A DNA stretch of 64,000 nt from Ministeria vibrans ATCC 50519 (GCA_943704425.1 CALSCP010000572.1:3766-67765), one strand, 5' to 3'. Shown: positions 32,301 through 44,444, counted from the first letter of the stretch. Program-made: numbers and translations. Notes: generated by a model not told the origin, from the letters alone.

Positions 32301-35300
32301 GTGCGTACCGAGCGCTTCAAGGACGCCAAGGCAGAGGCTGACCTGAAACGCAACGTTGAGGAGAGTCTGGTGTGGATTCAGCAAACGTCGTCGTTGCTGG
32401 CGGCCGCTGCGACCGGCAAAGATCTTGCGAGTGTGCAGAGTCAGCTGTCGGATCATGGGCTGTTTGAGGCGGATGTGTCGGCGCGTGGACAGGAAGTACA
32501 GGCACTGAGCGAGACGGCTTCGGCGCTCGTTAACAATGGTCACTTTAACGCTGACAGTATTGCGGCTGCGTCGGCGAGACTTGGCGAGGAGTTTGCGGCG
32601 CTCGAGACAAAGTGTGCGGCGCATCGCGTGCACTTGACGGAGCGCGAACGTCTGTACTCATTCCTTATTGAGGCGGACGAAGTGGATGCGTGGGTGAGCG
32701 ATCGCGAGACGGCACTGGCGGGTCTCGAGACGACCGCCAAGGACGTCGATGATCTGGAGCTGTTGCGCACTAAGCACAACGACTTTGCCAAGGACTTTAA
32801 TGCGAATCAAGATCGCGTCGACTCGATTACCAAGCAGGCGCTTGAATTTGTCGAGGCGGCACATCCGGACGCTGATGAGGCGGTGGAGCGTCAAGATGCG
32901 GTGGTGCAACACGCATCGAAGTTGCGCGAGCATATGTTCCGTCGTCGACAAGAGGTGGACGACGCCAACGAAATGCTGTCGTACCTGGCGGACGCCAACG
33001 AAGCGCACGGCCGTATTCGGGAGAAGGCCGGGGCGGTTGCTGTTGAGGATTTGGGCAAGGACATGAGTGGCGTGCAGATGCTGCAGCGTCGTCATGAGGT
33101 GGTCGAACGCGATTGCATCCCTATTGAATTCAAGCTGGATGTGATTGGCAAGGAGGCGGATCGACTGGCGGCTGCCTATCCCGAGCAGAAATCGGTGGTC
33201 GAGGCGAAGCGAGACGAGCTCACACGTGAGTGGGCCGAGCTTCAGACGCGTGTGACGTTGCGAGCGACCCGTCTTAACGACTCGCAGTCTCTTCAAATGT
33301 TGCTTAACGACTGTCGCGATGTGCAGCTGGTGCTTGAACAGCAGCAGCAGAGTCTCGCGGCGCAAATAGGCGAGCGTGCAAGCGACTTGTCGACGGCGCA
33401 GAGCCAGGTGTTGCGTCACGATGGCTTCAAGGGCGACATGGAGGCGGGGCGCATTCAGATGGAGAGTGTGCAGGCGGCGGGCGATAAGCTCATTGGCGAG
33501 GGGCACTTTGCCAGCGACACCATTCGCGAGGCACTCGATGGACTTGTGGCGGCGCGCGCCAAGGCGGACGAACAGTGGATGGCGCGCAAGAGCGAGCTGG
33601 ACGACGCACTGCGCGTGCAAGAGTACCTGCGCGACGTGGACGCGCTGGACACGTATGCGGTGCGTACGCTGGGCCAGGTGGAGAGCGGTCGCTCGGCTTC
33701 AGTTGAAACCCTCTTTGACGTGAAGGCACTAGTGGAGCAACTTGACGAGCTTGAGAAGGGGGTGGGCGGCCAGGGACAGCGGTACGAGACGATTGTGGCG
33801 CGCGCGGGCGAGGTGGGAGAGCTCACGGGCAGTGACGCGGCCGGCGTTGCCGAGAGCACCGTGACGCTACAAGAGCACTGGATCGCGTTGCAAGCGGCAC
33901 TTGCGGAGCGACGCGCCGAACTTGCCGCGGCACAAAAGCTTCAGGAGGTGCTGCAAGACGAGAGCGAGTTTATTGCGTGGCTGCAGGAGCGTCTGCGTGT
34001 CGCGGTGGACGAGTCGTACCGCGACGTGGCGAACAGCAAGAAGAATCTACAGAGTCACAAGGTGTTTGCGGCCGAGGTGGCCTCGAGCGAGAATGAGAAT
34101 ACCGTCAAGAGTTTGGTGGCGCGTGCGGAGGGACTGAGCAAGTCGCGTACCGACGAGCTGCAGCAGTTGTGGAATCAGTTGCGTACGAAGACGACGGAGC
34201 GCGGACAGCGCTTGCAGGAGGCGGTGGATGAGTTGCAGTTCAATGGGAATGTGGACGACACGGAGGTGTGGTTCAATGAGATGCGCATTGTGCTGACAAG
34301 CGACGAGACAGACCTGGGTCAAAATCTTACGAGTGTCGAGCAACTGCTGACGAACCATCGGGCGCTGGCAGACACGGTCAAGGGTCACCGTGCGCGCGTG
34401 GATGGTCTCGTGGCGACCGCACAGGGACTGGTAGACGCCGAACATTTTGATGCGGAAGCGATCGGGGTGAAGCGCGATGTGTTGCGAGACAACTATGGCA
34501 GTCTGGAGAAGCTTGTGGAACAACGCATGGAGAAGCTGGAACACTCGCAACGGCTGCAGGTGTTCCATCGTGACGCTGACGACGAGATTGCATGGCTTGC
34601 CGAGCGCCAGTCACTGGCCGAGGCGAACGACGTGGGACGCGACGCGAGTAGTGTCGAGACTCTACTGAAGCATATGTCGGCGCTGGAGGCGGAAGTGGCT
34701 GCGCGACGACCCGCTCTGGATGGGGTGATTGCGCGCGGACGTGAAGTGGGCGGCGACAGCGTTGCGACGGTGCAGATGCGCGTGGATGCACTCGAGGCGG
34801 CGTGGACGGCGCTTGAGACAGCGATGGGGGTGCGACGAACTCAGCTGGGGGCTGCCGAGGCATTCCACCAGTGGAATGTCGAGATGGAGGAGCAGATGAT
34901 TTGGATGCAAGAGCGCCGCGCGCCGCTGCAGAGTCAGGACTTTGGCCATACGGCGGCGGCCACCAAGTCGCTGCAGCAGCAGATGGACGCCATGGAGGAG
35001 GAGCTAAGTGCACAGGCGCAACGTGGAGCGGCTCTGGCGAAGCGCGGACGAGCGCTCGCCGAGGTGGGCGGCACACTGACACTGGAGGCGCAGCAGGAGC
35101 AAGTGGCGGCGCGTGTGACTGCCTTTGATAATGGCCTGGAGGAGATGGGAGCGTTGTCGTCGGAGCGACGACAGGCGCTGAAGGACACGGAGACGCTACA
35201 TGCGTTTATGTCGCAGGCGGATGGCGTGGAGGCATGGGTGCGCACACAGGAGCAGCGATTGCGCACGGCGGCCGTGGGCAAGAATCTACCGGACGTGCTT

Positions 35301-37877
35301 AAGCTGCTCAAGGAGCACGAGCGTCTGCAGGGCAACGTGGAGGCATCGCGCGACCGACTAGTGTCGCTGGAGACGGAGCTGCGTGAGCTGGTGCAGCAAC
35401 AACATCGCGACGTGGAGGTGATGGAGGCGCGGTATGTGGCGGTCGAGGAGCTGTGGGATGGTATGCAGGTGGCGGCGGAGAACCGAGAGGACAAGTTGCA
35501 CTCGGCGGAGACAGCCTTCCGCAAGCTGGACGAGATGTGCCTGACGTTTGCCAAGAAGGCGTCTGCGTTTAACAGCTGGCTTGAGACGGCGGAGGAGGAC
35601 CTCACGGAGCCGGTGCGCGTGAACAGCACCAAGGAGATTGATGCGCTGCAAGAGAACCTGCTCAAGTATCAGCAGGCGTTGCTGCCGTCCAAGGAGGACT
35701 TTGAGGAGCTGCAGGCGCTTGCGACGACTATTGAGGAAGTGGGAGGTGCGGGCGTAGTGAACAAGTTCTCGCCTGTGTCGATCACGCTGCTGAGCGACAA
35801 GTGGAACACGATTCTAACGTTGATGGAGACGCGCATTACGCTGCTTGACGACGAGGCGGATCGCCAGGACGACAACGAGGAGCTGCGGACGTCGTTTGCA
35901 GACCGTGCGAATGCGTTTGCAGGGTGGGTGATGGAGACGCGTCTGTCGCTGACGGACTCGCAAGGGATGGAGGACCTTGAGAAGCAGCTGGCGGTGATTC
36001 GAAAGACGGCGTCGGAGATTGCGGCGCATCGGGCGGACCTGAGCGAGTGCGAGCGAGTCGGGGCGATGCTGGAGGAGGCGCAGGTGTTTGACAATGAGCA
36101 CACGGAGCACACGCCGACGGGACTGGCGCAGCAGTACGACCAGCTGGAGCAGCTTGTGAAGCGCATGGAGACCAATGTGCAGCAACAGATTGAGATTCGG
36201 GCGAGCAGTGGGGTGAGCGATGCGCAGCTGAAGGAGTACCGCGACACGTTTGCCTACTTTGACAAGAACAACTCGGGCTCGCTGTGCTATCCCGAGTTCA
36301 AGGCGTGTTTGCGGTCGCTTGGGTATGACTTCCCGATGCTCAAGGAGGGCGAGCAGGATCCCGAGTTTGAGCGTATTCTGAGCTATGTTGATGTCGACGG
36401 CAGTGGCGAGGTCGGTCGCGAGGAGTTTGTTGCGTTTATGATTTCGCGCGAGACGGAGAATGCGGATCGGGCGGACGACGTGGTCGAGGCGTTTCGGTCG
36501 ACGGTGGACGGTCGGCCGTACATCACCAAGGCGGAGCTGGAGCGGGCCCTGCCGGCCGAGCACGTGGAGTATTGCATCAAGCGCATGGATGCGTTCAGGA
36601 ATGACGAAGGCTTTGCCATCAAGGGTCGCTACGACTACACGATGTTTACGCGCGCCATGTTCCTCGAGGCGAAGACAGAGGCGATGCAGGTGCTTGAGGA
36701 GCAGATGCGGGCAGAGAGCGAGATTACGGAAAAGGACGACAAGGAGGCGATTGAGAATGAGATGTCCATTTGGCAGGATGAGCTTGCGGCGATGCGTGCG
36801 TTGGAGGAGCAGCGGATGCGCGAGGATGCGGATGCGGCGGATGCGGCGCGGATGCAGTACGAGCAGGATGCGGATGCGGTGGAGGACGCGCTGCGTGCGG
36901 AGCAGGAGGCGAATCGCAAAGGGATGGTGGCGCGACTGAGTGAGCTGACGCAGCAGGAGCAGGTCAAGTTGGGTGAGGTTGCGAGGGAGCGTGAACGTGA
37001 GGCGGCCGAGGCGCGACTGGCGGCGGTGCAGCGCGCGATGGAGGAGCGTGAGCGAGTAGTACGCGAGCAGGCGGTGCGCGAGGAGAGTGTGCGCGAGGAG
37101 GCGGCACGACGGGAGGCGGAGGAGCGCGCGACGCTGGTCAAGGGACTTGTGTCGGTGGTGTCGGGGGAGGAGGAGGCGGCGACACGCGTGAGCCAGAGCA
37201 AGGAGCGCAATGCGGCGACGATGGAGAAGTGTCGCGCTGAGGCGGAGGCGGAGTTGGAGCGCCAGGAGAAGCGACGGGCAGAAGCGCGCGAGCGGGCTAG
37301 TGCGGCTGCGGCGCGGATGCGTGAAGCGGAGGCGGAGCGTGCGCTCAAGGTGGAGGCCAAGGCGGCAGAGGCGCGTCGTGTCGAGGAGGAGCTGGAGGCG
37401 GCGGCGTTGAAGATCAAGGGTAGTGTGGTGGAGAAGCGGACGAGTGTGGAGACGCGTGTGCGACAGGAAGAGGAGCAATTGAGTGGGTGGGAGCGGGAGC
37501 GGGAGGCGCGCACGGAGGCGGAGCGACGAAAGAAGCAGGCGCAGAAGCGGGAGGAGGCGGAGCGTAAGGCCAAGGCGGAGGCGGAGACGAAGGCGCGTGT
37601 GGAGCAGACGCGACTGACGGCGGAGCGACGGGCGCGGGAGGAGGTGGAGCGGGAGGTAGCGGAGCGCAAGGCGAAGTTCCTTGCAGATAAGGAAGCGATG
37701 CAGGCGCAGGCCAAGGCAGACGCGGAGGAGCAGTTACGAGAGAAGGAGGAGCGCAACCGGGTGAAGCGTGAGTCTGCGGAGCGCGCAGCCAAGGAGGAAG
37801 CGGCGCGCATTGCCCGCGAGCGCAAGGCTCTGGAGGAAGCCAAGGCCAGTGCGAAGCAGACGGCCCTTGCCAAGTAG
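17327..37877 (+). CDS. Giant single-chain beta/alpha spectrin (~6,360 aa): CH1-CH2, ~50-52 spectrin repeats, alpha-type terminal repeats and EF hands, ~400-aa charged tail
   Basis: Exons 17327-17394, 18006-18045, 18101-18355, 18428-18649, 18813-18950, 19071-19235, 19329-19529, 19598-19867, then 20026-37877, which is continuous once the 119-nt gap overlap is removed. Beta-type: [60 protein letters not shown]. Alpha-type: [65 protein letters not shown]. Confidence 0.85.
23668..32102 (+). repeat. Near-identical intragenic tandem repeat of ~3.81 kb (12 spectrin repeats): 23668-27480, 27481-31415, partial 31416-32102
   Basis: [18 protein letters not shown]-encoding DNA recurs at 23668, 27481 and 31416, giving offsets of 3813 and 3935-119=3816 nt. 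Confidence 0.92.
28168..28176. other. 9-N scaffold join with a 110-nt overlap (28058-28167 repeated at 28177-28286), producing an artefactual frameshift
   Basis: Identical sequence on both sides of the Ns; removing 119 nt restores the frame and matches the copy at ~24245-24370. Confidence 0.9.
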
Positions 37878-38184
37878 TAGTCCTGAGAGTTACATTGACA
37901 TACGATTGTGTGTGTGTGTGTGTGGCAGAGAGAGAGTCGACTGGGCCGCTGCAGCGCCCTGAGGAAGGTCGGGCGCGTGCACCTCGTTCGTTCGCCCAAA
38001 CCTCCTTTCCTCTCCCTTGCGCCGTCTGTGAGTTGTTTTTTGAACCAGACCAACTGCATTTGCCTTGCCCGCCGCCCCCCCACAGTCTTCCTGCACTCCT
38101 CGTTCGCCTCCCATCCCTAGCAAGTCCTCCTTTGCAAAGTTTGACGAAATTCTCGACAGCCAACGGCGAATCCTCCTCAAACAG

Positions 38185-38194
38185 NNNNNNNNNN
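38185..38194. other. Assembly gap (10 N) followed by an A-run
   Basis: Ns visible in the sequence. Confidence 1.
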
Positions 38195-38226
<32 letters not shown>

Positions 38227-38296
38227 AGAGAGAGAGGAAGAGAGGGAGAGAGGGAGAGAGAGAGAGAGTATTTTTCTTTAATCAATGGTAATACAA

Positions 38297-38699
38297 TCAA
38301 TTGAATTGCGAAGTGACTGTGTGTGTTTGGTCTTCGTCTGATTGTGACTCAGAGTCTGAGTCGCTCTTTTCTTTTTTCTCTTCTTCTTCTTCTTCTTCTT
38401 CGTCTTCTTCTTCGCTTTCTTGCCACTTTGACGGACTCTGAACGGTCATTGCGATCCCTATGACATACATTGCAGTTAGAGGTAGCAATTGAATGCTTTT
38501 TTTTCACGGACCTGAGCTGAGTTTGACAGATTGATCGAGTGAATTGATTTGATGTGGCTCCACTTTGCTGACAGATTCGGATTGGGAGTCGATTTCCATT
38601 GGTGCAGAGACACTCTGAGTGGACTCAAGTGCAGTGTTGATTCGCTTCATCGCTATTTGATCCGCTGAAAGAAATCGCGTCAGAAAGTGCGTGTGTGTG

Positions 38700-38740
<41 letters not shown>

Positions 38741-39943
38741 AAAGTGAGAGAGAGTTTTGATTGCTTAAATTTTTTACAATCAATTGGCTCTGTTGAAGAA
38801 AGGGCCTTTTCAAGAAGTTCAGTCAATTCAATTGCCTATACAACACAATACATATGTGAGGACATTGAGGAGAGAGAGAGAAACAAAGTGATAGAGAGAG
38901 GAAGGCTAGAGAGAAAGCGACAGAGAGAGAGAGAAAGGCTAGAGAGAAACAAAAAGATAGAGAAGGAAAGAAAAGAGAAACAAAGAAACAAAGTGATAGA
39001 GGGAGAAGAAAAAAAGAAACACAATGATAGAGAAAGAAGAGAGAACAAAGTGATGATGATCTTCGGAATGGGTACCTTGACCGTCGCAATGTGAAGTGCG
39101 TGTTTGAGTGTGTGAGGCGCAATGGGCTGTGCGTGTGCCGTCGCACCCCGTACGTGCACGCAGCACAATTCACGGTGTGCATTCACTGCAACTGTCACAT
39201 GTGCGTCGCTGACGGACTCCTCAAGGAGTGTGCAGTCGACGGCAATCCGTCCGCCTACCAAATTACATCCGATTACAATTATGATAAGTGATAGTGTGGG
39301 CACTCGAATGGACTGACCTGAGTCTAGCGGAATGTGACTTCCCTCGGCGGAAGCAGCGGCCGAGTCGGGCGGAAAGAAAAGCGCAAGGCTGATGGCGACG
39401 GGTGAGTGGTGGATGCTCAGTGGAATGGGATTGCTACGCTCAAAGAGAGGTTCAGACGCATCAAGTGACTGCCAGAACACATTTTTGAACTGACCGTTCT
39501 TTGATGTCGTGCACAACGACTGTTTCGCCATCAACAGACACGTCGGGACGTCTGAAGTGTCTGAGAGCGCCCGCCGTGGCGAGCACAGCAGCATCAACGG
39601 CATTTCCGTGAAAGTCCAAAACGTGCACATCAACGCGAAGCGAAAAGACCTAAGAAGACCGTAAAGAGGCGCAATGCGGTCGCAAGACACACGGCACACG
39701 GACGCATGCTGACCTTTTCGCCCGCCTGGATGACGAGAGACTCGACGTCGACGGCGCGTGTCTCGCGGAAGATGCGTTCAAGGAGTCGGTTGAGCTGGAC
39801 AGCATCGGCGGACGACGCACGCCCGTCGAAGGCCGGCGACGCCATGGGCGACAGCTCTGCATTGAAGTGGATGATGCCCTCGGTGGGGCGGTCGGCAAAG
39901 GGACGCACTACTTCACAGTGGACGTGCGCAACAACACTACTCA

Positions 39944-39986
<43 letters not shown>

Positions 39987-40197
39987 TTTCTGTCATTCCT
40001 CGGCTCCCTCTCTCTCTCTCTCTCGACGCCTCATACCGTGTTCGTCCCATCGTCACATTGCACTGGCCAGGAGCGGGAAATCCGATGCGGATCCGACGGT
40101 AGTCAAACAGATTTCGACCGTCGATGCGCAATCCTTGATCGAGCAGGCACGATCGAGCAAACTCCTTTTCGCAGTTGGCCAATGGAAGCTCTTTCAT
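38297..40197 (-). CDS. EXOSC9: Exosome complex component RRP45, multi-exon, acidic tail
   Basis: MKELPLANCEKEF..LRIDGRNLFDYR; RPTEGIIHFNAELSPMASPAF; RAVDVESLVIQAGEKV; LRHFRRPDVSV; PLSIHHSP; NAHRELC. Confidence 0.92.
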
Positions 40198-40327
40198 AGC
40201 TATAGGCAATAGATGAAGACCGAAAAAAAAAAAAAAAAAAACTGATTACTGAAACAATCAATTATCAAACTCAATCATTCCTTCTTCTTATTGAGTGCAC
40301 AAACAACTTTGTTTTGGTTTAAAAAGT

Positions 40328-41490
40328 CTACATATGATGGTGTTGATGAGGAGGCGGGTAGGAACGATAGCCACCGCCACCGCCGCCACCACCGCCGCCA
40401 CGAGAGTAGTCGCGATCCCGCGACGAATAGTCGCGATCACGACCATAGTCACGTCTGTAGCCTCCGCCACCGCCACCGCCACCGCCACCGCCACGGTAGC
40501 CCCTTCCGCCGCCGCCACCACCACCGGGAATCTCATAGCTGAAGGGGCGGTTGGCATAGAGACGGTGACGCAGGTCACCGACAATGGGCTTGATGTGCAT
40601 GAAGTTGCAGAAGGAGCCGCGCGTGCACGAGTCCTGCTCGTATTGCCGGCAGATGGACTCGCGGAAGTCGCTCACCGGCGACAGCTACACACCCATACAT
40701 ACATCATCACCATCGTCAGAATAACTAATGCTTTCTTTGGGCGTACGCTTGCGTACCTCTGCGTTGATCACTCGCCCGGCAAACCACCGATTGTTAAGAC
40801 CCTCCACTGCTTTCGACGCATCTTCTTCAAACCGAAACTTGATGTACACATTGCCCAGCAGATGGTCGCCCTGGTTGTCGCACACGTGAATCTAGAGAGC
40901 AAACAAGAAAGAGACGGAATGAGACAACTTGTCTCTCATATATATATAAAAAAACACGCACACCAGAACAGAAAGATACACCGACACATTCCGCTTACTT
41001 CTTCGATTTCCCCGTATTTATCACCCATCTCGAGGAAGACGTCCTCGTAGAACTCCTAAAAGGACGCTGAGAAGCGCGTTTGAAGGGGAAAGGGCGATTC
41101 TTACCTCAAACGCCCTCTCAATGTCGACAGGAGTGCAGTCAACGACGGCTTTTCCGTCGTGCAGGTTGGGGCAGTACAGGGGGTTCTAAAGAGGCGGTGT
41201 GAGTGCGCGTGGGGCGTGCAGGGAAGGCGTGTGGCGCACCTGCCAGAAGTTTTGCAAAAGGACGACGGACGAAAAGTGTGGCTTAATGTGCAAACGACTG
41301 CAGCGGTCGCCGTGGCGGCACGCGCCAATCTTAAAGTAGAACGAGCAGTTGACCCTGGAATGCGCGGGAAGGAGCGAGGGGGTGAGAGGAGCGAGTGAGT
41401 GAGTGAGAGAGAGAGAGAGAGTCACTGATCGTTTCGACGACGTTACTTGTCCTTTTCACTGCCGTAAATCGAGGCGAGAAACTCGGCCAT
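40328..41490 (-). CDS. U2AF1: Splicing factor U2AF small subunit (U2AF35), multi-exon
   Basis: [37 protein letters not shown]; [17 protein letters not shown]; LNNRWFAG; [22 protein letters not shown]; Gly/RD-rich tail. Confidence 0.97.
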
Positions 41491-41816
41491 TGCGGTTGTC
41501 TGTTAGTATAATAATAATAATAATAATAAATAATCATAAGTAAGAAAAATCAAAAAGTCAAAAAGTCAAGAGAATATCACATTTCCAATAGTTAGAAAAT
41601 GTTGAGAATCATAAAGAGCAGCACAACACTAAATAAACACTTGCGCTGTAGATGTCTGGAGTGGCTCTGGACGAAATTCACGAGAAGGATAATTTATACA
41701 TTATAACGAATCACATATTTATTATACTTTTCAATTTATTCCTATTGTACAGTGGTTTGTATTCTTCTTTAATATTATTATTATAATAATCAGACTTTAT
41801 TATAGCTCTTTAAGGG

Positions 41817-44068
41817 TTAAGGACAGGTAGAATTGCTCCAGATCGGTCGATGTTGAGCAAGCCAGGCAGTCGCACCTGTTGCAAACGAAGCTGGCGGCGT
41901 TGAAATGAGTGGCGTGCACCAAGTGGACAGATCTTGGTTGAAGGCAGTCGCAAGGTTAAACATGCCTTCCATGTCAGTTGTACGCGTGGGCGTCCACGCA
42001 CTGATGTCCTGGTTGAACAAAGATGTCTCTTCAAACATGAAACTCATGCTGATCACATTTGACACTGTTTAAGGGGACAGTAGCAAAACAAAAGAGAATG
42101 AGTGGGAAATTGAGCGTATATATAATATTATATATATTGTGTGTGTGTGTGTAAGCACGTACCATTCCAACTATTAATGTTTCCATTAAAGTTGGACGAG
42201 GAAAACATATGTGACATATGCTCAACCTACGTAAAAACAAGAATGTCAATAAAACATTCTTTGCGTTTCGCTCTCGTACCGATTTGGTCTCCCACATGTC
42301 CAGATTGCCTGAAAAACTGGTTGTGCCGCGGAAGAAATAGCCCACGTAAAGGGCCTGAAGAGTGAAGAGACAACAATACAAGTAAGGATCACAGAGAAGA
42401 CGACACGCCCTGTGTTGGTTGTACGCTTTGGAGGTCAAAGTGAGCGAGCGACTGATTGAACGCGAAGGCGTTGTGAAGGAAGCTGGAGAAGTCAGTGACG
42501 CGGGAGGTGTCGAAGGAGAGGAGGGGCTGGTTGAAGAGACGGGCGTCGGCAAACATGGAGCTGAGGGTGGTGACTTGGCGGGTGTCCCAGGGGACGGGCT
42601 GGTTGAAGGCGTAGGCGTGGAAGAAGGTCTGTAGCATGGTGATGACTTGGGAGGTGTCGGTGAAGACGGGCGAGTTGAAGGCGGACGCGCTGAAGAAGGT
42701 CTGCACTAGGTTGGTCACTTGGCTGGTGTTCCACTGGTCCAGTGGCTGGTTGAACACGCGAGCCTGATGAAACGTCGACTGGAGCGTCGTAACGCGTGAC
42801 GTGTCCCAGCTGTTGACTGGGCTGTTGAACAGATAGCAGTCCTTGAAGGTGGCCACGAGTGTGCGGACGTGCGACGTGTCAAAGTTGCCCACGCCCACGC
42901 CTTCAAACGCATGACATCCGTTAAAGAACGACGAAATGTCTTGGGCAGACGACGTCTACGCGTAAGGGACAACAATACATATGAGTTTTTCAAAAACGAT
43001 TTCGTAATATAATAGTTAAGCATTATATGACTGTTGAGGTCGTACATCCCAAGTCGCAAAGGAAAAGTTCATCTTGGAGCAGCCGCGAAACATGTTAGCA
43101 AAGGTAGTGACACGGGAGGTGTTCCATGACGAGAGGTCGTCAACAAAGCTGGCGTCGCCAAAGAAGGTGCCCTGCATGAGAGTGACCTGACTCACGTCGA
43201 GACGGTCCAGACCCGTGTTGGCGCTGAGAGCAGTGCTTGCAAACGCCCAATCGAGTGACGTGGTGCCGTCCATGTTGAGTGTGTCGCTCGCTGTAATGGT
43301 GAGATGAGTGGCGCCCCAGAAGTACTGGCCCGTGTTGCCCAGCTGGAGCGATCCCCATTGGTAGATGTTGCGGATTTGCAGACGAGACAACTGCGACACC
43401 ATGACCCAGCCACGAAGTGTACCGGTGATTGTGATGTTGTACAATCCGGGCACAGTGTAGGCGTGTGTGGCAGCCACATCGTTGTACGCACTGATCTCAT
43501 CTTCGGCCGAATTGTCGCCCCAGTTCACGATGAAGTCGTAGTCGCCAGTGTCCGAGAGCGGGAGCACAACCGTCTCGCCCGCAAAGTCGGTCAGCCAGGA
43601 CGAGATGAACGGCGGCCCGTCGCATCTCAGCCCAAAAGGACATGTACAGGTAAAGCCAGAGTCAACTGATGGCGAGCAGTCCGCACCAAAGCGGCAGGGC
43701 GACGAGGCACACTCGTCAACTTGTTGGCCGCAGAGACTGCCCGTAAATCCGACCGGACACACACACGAAAAGGAGTCGCCGTCGATACACGTTGCCCCAT
43801 TCTGACACGGCTGAGACACGCATGGCCCTAGGATCTGTGCCTCCAGGGCGGACACGCGCGCAGTCAGGCGTGCGAGGCGAGACACGACCTCTACTTCGGT
43901 CAGTACTTCGTTTCCGTGTACGAACAGTTCAGACTTCACCAGAACACTCCCATTGGTCCCCAGAGCCAAAATGATATCGCCACCGCTGCTTGATATGCTA
44001 GGATCATCGCTCAAGGCAAAAACAGGCGCCAGTAGAGCGAGAACAAACGCCAAGACGACTCGACGCAT
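41817..44068 (-). CDS. Secreted protein: signal peptide, short coiled coil, 2 EGF, PKD-like segment, many DUF285/BspA-type 25-aa repeats; multi-exon
   Basis: MRRVVLAFVLALLAPVFA; CVSQPCQNGATC and DECASSPC; YDFIVNWGD..HAYTVPGLYNITITG; repeats such as FNQPLDQWNTSQVTNLVQTF and FNQDISAW, FNQDLSTWC. Confidence 0.85.
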
Positions 44069-44444
44069 GATGGGAAAAAAATATGAGAGTTCCCTTTATT
44101 GATTGATCTTTGGGTTGTGAGATTTTATATGGAATGTTTACTGTCGTCAAAAAAATTTCCCCACTCACCTTATCCGTCAGATTGATCAAGTGCACACATC
44201 TGTTAGAGTGTCACAGCTGCCCCTACCCACGAAGACCTGCCCCTGTCATCCAAGCTTGTTTCGCAGACATGTACAAAAAAACGAAAAAAAAAACTTTCGC
44301 TCTCACTGTTCGCTCGCTCCCTTTGCATTTCGTGAACTCTGTGCCCTATTCCATGGCTAACATGCTAGCCTGTATCAACTGATGTGCATTTCGCGCGCGC
44401 GCTCTCTCTCTAATGAGACTGTCCCGCAGAGTCAAAAAGCTCTC

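Noticed and set aside
17327-37877. Identification as spectraplakin, dystrophin or nesprin (other giant CH + spectrin-repeat proteins)
   Set aside because: No plakin/GAS2, WW/ZZ or KASH/TM segment seen; repeats are regular 106-aa units and both ends carry specific beta- and alpha-spectrin signatures
37875-37880. Stop-codon readthrough at the spectrin end
   Set aside because: Tandem TAG TAG followed shortly by TGA; any extension would need splicing rather than readthrough
35814-38163. Long antisense ORFs (554, 482, 249 aa) and many others opposite the spectrin, GPCR, RARS2 and L-domain genes
   Set aside because: Shadow frames expected from GC-rich, biased codon usage; L/R/S/A-rich with no recognisable motifs
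38195-38225. A-run as a retrocopy or retrotransposon poly(A) tail
   Set aside because: It abuts an assembly gap, and A/T homopolymers are common throughout the non-coding DNA of this window
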